Assembly (NCBI RefSeq): GCF_006345805.1
Contig: NC_043012.1
Coordinates: 186,001-250,000, forward strand
Length of the DNA stretch: 64,000 bases
Direction: 5' to 3'
DNA from: Octopus sinensis
Lineage: Eukaryota
The notes under the pieces are model-generated. The model was not told the DNA's origin, ran no database searches, and saw only the letters and a program-made list of their open reading frames with translations. This document shows, piece after piece, positions 53,542 through 64,000 of this stretch; position 1 is the first letter of the stretch, and the number at the start of each line of letters is the position of its first letter. A program made the position numbers and the translations under genes.

Positions 53542-53957
53542 ATGCATATATATATATATATAATATATATATATAATATATATATATATTATATATATAT
53601 ATAATATAGGATAACATTTTCGAAAAAAATTTTATCAGTGGCCATTATACTAAAAAATACCTTTTAAGGTTAAATTTATAAACAACTTATAAACAAGGGC
53701 AAAAAGAAAAAATTCCAATGCCAAAAATGCCGAAAATAGACTTAAATCGTCAATAACCACATATAGGAAGGAATTATATGTGGTTATTGAATTATGCGCT
53801 TATAGCGATGAATTATATGGCTTTTTACTCAAAAATTCTGTATCTGCCTTTTCTTACTAAATATATATATGTATGTATGTATGTACGTATGTATGTACGT
53901 ATGTATGCATGTATGTATGTATGTATGGATGGATGGATGGATGTATATATATGTAAG

Positions 53958-53989
<32 letters not shown>

Positions 53990-54214
53990 CCGGAGTAAAC
54001 ACATAAATGTGAAACAAGGTGGAAAAAAGAGAACTCAAATACCAGTGGTAGAGTAATATGCTTTATTCAAAGCAGCAGAAAATTCAACAAAACCTGTTAC
54101 TCGGAGTTTCCCGTTGCCGTTCGTCGGACAGATTCTAGCAAAAACTGTCCGACGAACGGCAATGGGAAACTCAGAGTAACAGGTTTTGTTGAATTTTCTG
54201 CTGCTTTGAATAAA

Positions 54215-54215
<1 letters not shown>
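53990..54215 (-). mobile_element. Foldback mini-element with hammerhead motifs, copy 2
   Basis: Reverse-complement homolog of 487-716. Hairpin 54061-54215; motifs ctgt-CCGACGA-acggcaa(c/t)gg-GAAA-ctc.gag-TA-acag at 54131-54094 (-) and 54145-54182 (+). Confidence 0.75.
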
Positions 54216-54249
<34 letters not shown>

Positions 54250-54251
<2 letters not shown>

Positions 54252-54975
54252 CGAGATCTAATCAATAAGTATCCGGACTGTTGCCATAGTAATGAAGCTA
54301 AAGCACGCAAAGTAAAGCTGCTTGACACAGATTGACTTTGAACATTACTGCGCATGCACACTAAGTTTTAACGTTCTAGCTCACTTCCGCTGTTTACACC
54401 AGTGCTTGGAAGAAAAGTGTGTAGCGTGTTATAGTTCATTGACAATGAAAGAAAAAAGCTGTCATTGCGAAACCTGCTCAGAGTCCTACGCAAAGTTGCA
54501 GAATGTGTATGGAGAGGAGCGTACGAGCCGCATACCAGTGTACGAGTGGTTCAGACGTTTCTAAGATGGCCGAAAAAATATCGATATTGACGAACGTTCA
54601 CGGAGATCCACAACGAGCAGAACTGAGAAAAACATCGCCGATGCACTTGCAGCTGTGCGGGAAATCGTTGAATCATCATCCATGAGTTAACAGAGGATGT
54701 GTAGATTAGCTATAATTCAGTTCAGTCCATTATCACTGATGATTTGGGTGTGAGACACGTGTCTACCAAGTTTGAACCAAAACTGCTTTCAGCTGACCAA
54801 AAGACACCCGGGTTTCGGTTGCAAAAGATCTCTTGATTGCGTTGAGAACGATGAAAACTTTTTGAAAAGTTTGCGTAGGCCTCCGAGCAGGTATCGCCAA
54901 GGTTTTGGCAAAATTTGATGCAAAATTCTCTGCTCAAATTTCTATTATGTCCAATGCGACAATCACATGCTGTAT
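54250..54975 (+). mobile_element. Mariner-derived 5'-5' foldback element, copy 2 (right end lost)
   Basis: TIR tacgagatctaatcaataagtatccggact; TCSESYAKLQNVYGEERTSRIPVYEWFRRF; same inversion junction as 21822-22660. Confidence 0.82.
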
Positions 54976-54982
54976 ACCTTCC

Positions 54983-55168
54983 TGTGTTCCCCAGCTGGAC
55001 GAGACGCCAGTCCATCGCAGCGTTACTCATTTTCGCCAGCTGGTGAACTGGAGCAACGTGAAATGAAGTGTTTCGCTCAAGAACACAACGCGTCGCTCGG
55101 TCCAGGAATCGAAACCACAATCTTACAATCATGATGCTGACACCCTAAACCCTAAGCCACGCGCCTCC
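54983..55168 (-). mobile_element. tRNA-derived SINE type D (V-domain-like)
   Basis: ggaggcgcgtggcttag...ggtttcgattcc...ttgtgttcttgagcgaaacactt...ctgcgatggactggcgtctcgtccag; the latter motifs resemble V-SINE domains (from memory). Confidence 0.8.
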
Positions 55169-55560
55169 ACACACACACACACATATATGGATGTGCGTTT
55201 GCGTCAATGCATGTTTGTGTGAATGTGTGTGAATGTGTGTGCACGCGTTTGTGTGTGTCTTTGTTTATTCCTGTTGTGAATGCAGCTAATCAAATGAGAC
55301 CGATTTATATATATATATATATAATTAAGTAGATCCAGTACCATTTGATTTTCCCTTTTTACCTTCTTTCCTTTCTTTTTTTCTTTTGTTTTTCCCTCCT
55401 TTTTTCTTCTTTTATAAAAACTAAACGACATACATTTCTGACTTCTTTTCTTTTAGTTTGAATTTGAAAGCCTTTAAGCAGCATTCCCGACCAGTTAACA
55501 ACATTTTCGTGAGATTTAGGGCGGAAGGTAATCGGCAACATTTTTTTTATCTTTATTCTA

Positions 55561-55597
<37 letters not shown>

Positions 55598-56199
55598 GTT
55601 GTTGTTGTGCTTTTTATTATTTTTCTTTTGTTTATATGTTGTGTTTTTTTTTCTTCTTTTTCTCCCCTTTCATTTATTTCTCTTGGTTATGTGTTGTTAT
55701 AGAGGCTCGCCATATATTACAAGTATACAGCGAAAGTATAAGAAAAAAAGAAACGAAAACTCAGTACACATTAAAGAAAGTAGGTCTAATGTTAATTAGA
55801 TCACGAAATAATATACAAGTCGTTGCCTTTCGTCACGTAATTTCCAGCAGCAGCGCCACCTCCACCGACACCTTGGCAGTATTTGTATTTTGTTTTTATT
55901 TTTATTTTTTATTTTTGTCTCGATCCGTACCTCATTATTGCATGTGAGAACTTCTAATCTGAATTTATTATTGAAATAAATTAACCGTGTTACAGTTAAT
56001 AATTTAATCAATTTCTGATCTGTTTGAATTAGTTATATTAACATTCCAGATACAGCGTTCATGTGAACACATTGCTGTCTTTCAAGATTTTACAAGAAGA
56101 AACAAACAAACAAACAAACAAAGCAATAAAACAGAAATGGTCTCCTGATAAATATAAACAACAAAAACACTAATAATACTAATAGTTCTTACTGTTATC

Positions 56200-56770
56200 G
56201 GTACAAGGCCAGAAATGTGGGTGGCGGCAAGTCATTTACGCCAACCCCAGTGCTCAACTGGTGATCATTCCATCGACTACAAAAGGATCAAAGGCAAAGT
56301 CAACTCCGGTAGAATTTGAACTCAAAGCGTGAAGACGAACGAAATAGCGCTAAGAACTTTACCTGGCGGGCTACAGATTCTGTCAGATCGCCGTCTTTAT
56401 AATAAAGATTTCAAATTTTGGCACACGGCGAGCAATCTTGGAAGGGTGGGGATGGGGTCTAAGTCAATTTCATCGACCCGAAAGGCAAAGTCGACCTCGG
56501 CGGAGTTTGTACTCAGAAGGTAGCCGCAGACGAAATACTTATTTCTTTACTACCCACCAGGGGCTAAACACAGACAGGACAAACAAGGACAGACAAACGG
56601 ATTAAGTCGATTATATCGATCCCAGTACGTAACTGGTACTTATTTAATCGACTCCGAAAGGTTGAAAAGCAAAGTCAACCTCGGCGGAATTTGAACTCAG
56701 AACGTAGCGGCAGACGAAATACCACTAAAGATTTCGCCCGTTGTGCTAACGATTCTGCCAGCTCGCCTCC
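56200..56770 (-). mobile_element. SINE type B cluster
   Basis: Full copy at ~56540-56770 plus diverged partial copies upstream. Confidence 0.85.
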
Positions 56771-56774
56771 TTCA

Positions 56775-56813
<39 letters not shown>

Positions 56814-57226
56814 TATTTTGGTAAAATTTCATCATTGCTATTAACTGAGATTCCGATTTCAAAGAAGCGATTTGGTAGAGTAGTTGGAGCAGCGTATAGA
56901 ATTCTTTGAATCCTATTGCAATTTGCGCAAATGTCCCCGGTGTGCTGAGTTCAATTTACACTGCGTTTAAATTTCGGTTTTGTTTTTTTTTCTTTCGTGA
57001 TCGATAAATAAAGTACTAGCTCAGAACTAGAGTTGGTGCTTCGCTCTCTCTCTTCTCTCACCCCTTTCTATCAGTCATTCTTCCTCTGTCTCTCTCTGGA
57101 TGATCGGAATCTGCCATAGAATCATTCCGATTTTACCAAAAAATATGGCAACAAATGGATTAAATTACTTACTTCATACAGACCCTGCCTGCATACTACA
57201 ATCCATAACCCCCTAGCCCTGCAGTT

Positions 57227-57295
<69 letters not shown>

Positions 57296-58298
57296 AACGT
57301 TACTGTAACTGCCTCTGCTTTTCTTTTAAAATAGCAGATCCCACACAGGAGATCCGGAAGTAGCTGTCCTCTTTGTTCTTTCATCATCACTAATATGTTT
57401 ACTCATCATATTAGTCTTTTCTTTCACACCAAGTGCGTCACTCAATAATTTCTCCTCGGAATACTTGCGACTTCTTGGAATTCTCTCATTGATAACGTTG
57501 TTGTTGTTGTTGTTAGTTTTGTCGTCGTTGTCGTTGTTGTTGCTTCCAAGGAGACATCAATCCATTGCAATTGAAACAGAATATAATCAACGTTCAACTG
57601 ACTTCACTTTTTTTTTTCATTATTTCATTACAAACCACCAAGAATGTCTTGAAGGAATTATTTTCATTACAACCATCTTGAGTGTCATGAAGGAATTATC
57701 TTCTTAGTCCCAACATTTTTGCTGCATGGAACATCCGACAGAAAAAAAAATCGAACGACATTGTTTGCTGCCGCTAGTCTCATGACAGACCGTTTCACTG
57801 TTCATTGATCGCTCCTCAGAAAGTACATTTCCATACTCATTCTGCAATCAATTCCATATATCGTCCCTATCAAAAGCAGTCTTGGTTTAAGCTGTCACGT
57901 GGAGCTGTCTTTAAACTGGGAAACTCTTGTCAGAAACTGCCGTCTTTTTTATGCTGTACTTCAATAGACTCGAAGGAGCGTGTTTACAGTATTATTAAAC
58001 CTTTTCTCATATTTAAATCCAATATTATATAATATCTAAATTTACTTGGTTTCCCCCGATTTACACCGTATTCTGCATTAATAGATATTGTTCGCTGGTT
58101 AGTTGTCTTATCTGATTCCACTTAATTTTATATCATATCTTCGATATAAAACATTGTACTTGGTGACGTGCTATTGTGTTGGGTTAAGCAGTGCAAGACT
58201 GCGTACAAGATTCTGCGTGTGTGTGTGTGTGTTTGAGTATGTGTATGCGTGTATGCACGTGTGTGCGTGTGACTGTATGCACGTATGTATATGTATGT

Positions 58299-58340
<42 letters not shown>

Positions 58341-58543
58341 ATGTTTGTTGTTCGTTCATAATCAAAACAATTTTATATTAATCTGCTAGGCTGCTCTATA
58401 CACTTGTAGAACATACACATTTATTATTCTTAAAACAAGAATACTATTAATAGAGACTTTGGAGTTATGGGCAATAAGCAATCGACGAAGGCCTACATTT
58501 CGAAGTCACTCACAATAGTATTTTTGTTTCTATACATGTATAA

Positions 58544-58674
<131 letters not shown>

Positions 58675-59907
58675 TACATATGCATTTAGGTACAAACACA
58701 CGTGCGCTTACACATACGCACATTTACATTCATAAATACATATATATTTGCGTTTATAATACATGGGTGTGTACGTTTATCCATATATGTATATATGTAC
58801 GTATGTGCGTAAGTGAGAGAGAATACAGATTGGTAGAAAATTCGACGAGAAAACTGATCTATCATTTCTCTTAAACCAAATCATCTTTCCTTTTATTTGC
58901 TTCGGCAGATTCGCATAAACGTTCCTTTATCACCCTTGAATGCCGTGAAGGAGCTGACGCATCGATTGCGATTTTAAACTGCAATAATATTATAAGCTCA
59001 AAAATGGCTAAATGATATAAATGAAGGGCAATTGTTTGGGGCTAAGAATTACAAAGAAATTGAGATCCTCGGATTCAAAGAAGAATGGTGTTGATTTACC
59101 ATATTTTTCTACACAGAAGTTGTAATTTCGGTCTCAAATGTACAGCCAATGAAAGTAGGTTGATTTATGCACCAAGATGGCTTACGAGGACCAAAATTTT
59201 CATGTGAAATGCAACAGGATATGGAAAGACAGTGACGATGTTAGAATATTTACATTGCATGTTTATTCGGTGCACTGTGTATGTCGTAGCTGTCGTATGT
59301 ACTACGGGTTCATAAGTCTTATGACTTAATTGTGTGAAATTCCTTGAGAATTCGTAACCGGGTGGGTTGCAGACTTCATCACATAATGTTCATCGGTAGA
59401 GCTAATTGTTTTTTCTTTTATTTGGATGAAATTAAGAATGGTTGTTTACCCCGCATGTCTAACACTCAGTGTTCTTTTTTTTTTCAAAGAGTGAAAAAGA
59501 AATATATGAGTCGAAAAAACGTAATCTCTTAAAACGTCACCAGGAAATCCTTCCTACGTTGAACCACGTCCTAATCCCTCCATGAATAAATAAATATATA
59601 AATAGACAAATAAATAAATAACTTAATTATAGTTAATACCCAGAACGTCATAACTAATACCAGTTACATCCGTTTTTGATTTCCTTGCTGTATGAATGAT
59701 GTTTCCTTTCGGAGAAAGAAAAAGTAAAGAGGAAAATAAGAATTGAAAATACAAGGAGGAAAAGAAACAAAATATTAGATAGAAGTATAGAAAAGAGGAA
59801 CAAGGTGTGAAAAGAAAGATGGAGATGGAGAAAGAGAAATAAATAGCAAGCAAGGTACAATGATAGGTAGGTAGGTAGGTAGTTAGATAGATAGATAGAT
59901 AGATAGG

Positions 59908-59990
<83 letters not shown>

Positions 59991-59992
59991 CG

Positions 59993-60380
59993 TTTACACT
60001 GATCTTCAAAAATTTGAGATAGAAAAACGTGATTTATGTCGCAGCTGGTTGAAGCTTGCCCTATTTTTACAGTGAGCTCATGGCTCAAATTCGTTTATGT
60101 TTTAAATAGATGTTCAGTTAACCGTGTCAGCCTTAACTTACGACGCTAAACATTGTCACTTGTTACTAAAACACGGACGTAGCGGGGAAGCTACAAACGT
60201 TTCTAAGACCAGTCATGAGACTATCTTCTACCAATGAAACCCTATTCAAAACATGTACTAATTTGAGCCATAAACTCCCTCCCTATAAAAATAGGGCAAG
60301 CTTCAAATACTAATCAAAAGCAAAACAGCTACGATATAAGCCACGTCTTCCAATTTCAAATTTTTGAAAATCAGTGTAAA
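59993..60380. mobile_element. MITE/foldback with ~100 bp imperfect TIRs
   Basis: tttacactgatcttcaaaaatttga...ttgaagcttgccctatttt...atggctcaaatt versus its reverse complement at 60260-60380. Confidence 0.75.
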
Positions 60381-60471
60381 TTGTGAAACCGGTGAAATCT
60401 TTAAATACAATAAAAATAAATAGTTAAAATATTGTTAGTGCATTTTCAAAATTCTATTTCTCCTATATATA

Positions 60472-60549
<78 letters not shown>

Positions 60550-61446
60550 CATACATACTAATTCATACATACATACATACATCATACATACATCATACAT
60601 ACATACATACATACATACATAATTCATACATACATACATACATACATACATGCATACATACATACATCATACATACATACATACATACATACATACATAC
60701 ACACCTACATACATACATACATACATTCATACATACATGCATACATACATACATCATACATACATACATACATACATACATACATTCATACATACATGTA
60801 TACATACATACATACATACATACATACATACATACATACATACATACATGCATACATGCGTACATACATACATATTTACGACGGGTTTCTTTCGGTTTCC
60901 GCCTAACGAATCCATTCAGAAGGCTTTGTTTGTCGAAGGCTGTAGTAGATATCTGCCCGAGGTGCCATGCAGTGCGACTGAACCCAGAAACATGTTTGTT
61001 GGGAAGCTAGCTTCTTACCACACAGTCACATTTGAGCCCACAGATTGATGGATCTCGATTAGGATTTCTAACCATAAGTGTTCAATTAAATTAACTACCA
61101 GGCTCATTATGTTTGCTCGTAACTAGCTGAGTATTCCCAAAGACACCGTGTAACCTTGGCGTAATTCTCCGTAATTCTCAGAGAGAATCAGAGTGACGCA
61201 TGTCGAAAAGGTTGTGTTTTTGAATTACGGGTAGAATCCATCCAGCCGACTTCTATAATTTCTGTCAACCTAGTTTCATCGACAGGGTAACTGTCGACCC
61301 AAAGCTAATAAATTGGCCATGGATATGATGCAACGCAACGGAATTGGAATCGCAAGCTTATTATGTGGGGTGAACTTCTTCTCAACCATTCAAGTATAGT
61401 GCACCTATGTATGTATGCATGTATGTGGGTATGTATACGTATATAC

Positions 61447-61520
<74 letters not shown>

Positions 61521-61930
61521 TTCTTTATTGCCCACAAGGGCTAAACATAGAGGGGACAAACAAAGACAGACAATATATATATATACACACACACATATAT
61601 AGAGATATATATATACATAAACATACACACACACACACCTACATATATATATATATATACATATATATACGCACGCACACATAAATATACACATAGAAAT
61701 ATACATATGTCTGTGTTGTGTGTGTGTGTGTGTGTGTAATTTAATGCTCACGAGATTTACATTCGAGTTACTGATATATATACGTTGGCCTTTTATATAG
61801 TTTCCGTCTACCAAATTCACTCATTGGCCAACCTTGTATTATAGAAAAAGAAACATATCTAACGTGCCACACCGTAGGACTGAACTCGAACCTACGCGGT
61901 TTGAAATTGCCTGTGCGTATGTATATATAT

Positions 61931-62429
61931 GGAAGCACTCCGCCGGTTACGACGACGAGGGTTCCGGTTGATCCGATCAACGGAACTGCCTGCTTGTGAA
62001 ATTAACGTCAACCTAGTTTCATTGACAAGGTAACTGTCGACCCAAAGCTAATGAAATGGCCATGGATATGTTGCAACGCAACGGAATAGAAATCACAAGC
62101 TTCTGGGGTGAACTTCTTCTCAACCATTCAAGTATAGTGCACCTATACAGACACGTGTACCCTTAACGTAGTTCTCGGGGATATTCAGCGTGACACAGAG
62201 AGTGACAAGGCCGGCCCTTTGAAATACAGGTACAACAGAAACAGGAAGTAAGAGTGAGAGAAAGTTGTGGTGAAAGAGTACAGCAGGGACCACCACCATC
62301 CCTGCCGGAGCCTCGTCGAGCTTTAGGTGTTTTTGCTCAATGAACACTCACAACGCCCGGTCTGGGAATCGAAACCGCGATCCTACGACCGCGAGTCCGC
62401 TGCCCTAACCACTGGGCCATTGCGCCTCC
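61931..62429 (-). mobile_element. SINE type C containing a ~140 bp insertion (62009-62146)
   Basis: Type C sequence on both sides; the insert matches 61264-61408. Confidence 0.9.
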
Positions 62430-62499
62430 TATATATATATATATGTGTGTGTGTACGCATGTATGCATGTATGTATGTATGTATGTATGTATGTATGAA

Positions 62500-62545
<46 letters not shown>

Positions 62546-62900
62546 GATACACACCTATATACACAAAGATGATGATACATTAAAAACAGTAAAGGAACGG
62601 CAAGCTAATAATTTCCTTCAATGCTAAGACTTTACTGAAAATAATAACCGGATATGAATAATATGCAATGAAACAGTCACCCAATGACACTCAGATGTAC
62701 TCTCTCATCTTCCGCTCGATATACCTGTTTTTCTCAACCTTTGTCCGTCTGCTTGCTTTTATCTATATATTTACCTATCTAACGAACAAACTAGCCATCG
62801 ATCTGTCAATCTATTTATCAATCTGTATGTCTGTCAATTTAACGGTCCACCTATCTATATGTTACTTTATCTCTCTGTTTGCCCGTCTGTCTATCTATAA

Positions 62901-63370
62901 GGCGGCGGGCGAGCTGGCAGAAACGCCGGGCGAAATGCGTAGCCGTATTTCGTCTGCCGTTACGCTCTGAGTTCAAATTCCGTCGTGGTCGACTTTGCCT
63001 TTCATCCTTTCGGGGTCGATAAATTAAGTACCTATTTCTTTATTACCCACAAGGGGCTAAACACAGAGCGGACAAACAAGGACAGACATAGGTATTAAGT
63101 CGATTACATCGACCCCAGTGTGTAACTGATACTTATTTAATCGACCCCGAAAGGATGAAAGGCAAAGTCGACCTCGGCGGAATTTGAACTTAGAGGCCGA
63201 CAAAATACCGCTAAGCATTTCGTCTGACGTGCTAACGTTTCTGCCAGCTCGCCGCCTTAAATAGATAAATTAAGTACCAGTTACGCACTGGGGTCGACGT
63301 AATCGACTTAATCCGTATCTGTCCTTGTTTGTCCCCTCTGTGTTTAGCCCCTTGTAGGCAGTAAAGTAAT
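62901..63370 (+). mobile_element. SINE type B with a nested antisense SINE type B (63033-63258)
   Basis: 15 bp TSD gataaattaagtacc at 63018-63032 and 63264-63278. Confidence 0.92.
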
Positions 63371-64000
63371 ATATATGTTTGCCTATCTGTCTATCTACCC
63401 ATCAATCTCTCTCTCTATCTATCTATCAATCACCCTCCCTATCTCTCCCCTTCCTCTCTCTGTCTCCATATCTATCAATTTGACCGTCACTCTGTTTGTA
63501 TGTCTATCAAATAATGTAGTCCTTTTTTTAACTATCTATTTATCTATATCCTAATCTATTTTAGTGCCTTATTATTTAACACACTCACCGGTAAAATTTC
63601 CACTTATTTCTTATTTTTAATCTATTTCAATTATATATCTATTTCTCTATGTATCCACTTATCTATCTACCCAAATGTCTATGCATCTACCTATCAAGCA
63701 ATACATCGAACTACTAACCTATCTTTCTATCTACACACATACACATACACATACATATATAACTGTCAACATGTCTATTTTTCAATCTAACTATATATCT
63801 ATATATTTAAACACGCACACACTCACACACCTATTTTTGTGGGGTTGGCGATGCTTTCAAGTTCCGCATTCGAATTTGTGAGAGAATTCGCAAGTGAATT
63901 CCTTTGCCCGTCTCCTTAGACCGAAGATGAGCATGCTATTGTTTTGATGACTTTTTGATTACACCCGCTGGCACTAATGTCTATAGAAATATCACATTAT

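Noticed and set aside
55143-55156. Telomere-like ccctaaaccctaa
   Set aside because: Only two units, and they are part of the SINE D tRNA-like head.

Overview
Eukaryotic, AT-rich, microsatellite-saturated DNA that reads as intronic or intergenic octopus (coleoid cephalopod) genome. The host is inferred from recognising the tRNA-derived SINE families and the repeat landscape, not from a search. There is no intact protein-coding ORF, and nearly all entries in the ORF track are translated (TA)n, (CA)n, (TACA)n, (GATA)n or (ATT)n tracts. Real content: more than 30 copies or fragments of four tRNA-derived SINE types, several with clean 10-15 bp target-site duplications (TSDs); decayed fragments of a Penelope-like element (GIY-YIG), several mariners including 5'-5' and 3'-3' foldback derivatives, a Helitron Rep, an L1/Tx1 LINE and a Gypsy integrase plus LTR; a near-identical ~1.44 kb tandem duplication; and a few candidate minus-strand host exons. 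The most interesting signal is a set of ~150-350 bp non-coding elements sitting in (TA)n tracts. Several have a 'long hairpin plus unpaired tail' architecture and/or minimal type I hammerhead-ribozyme motifs, which makes them candidate Penelope-derived or retrozyme-like mini-retroelements.
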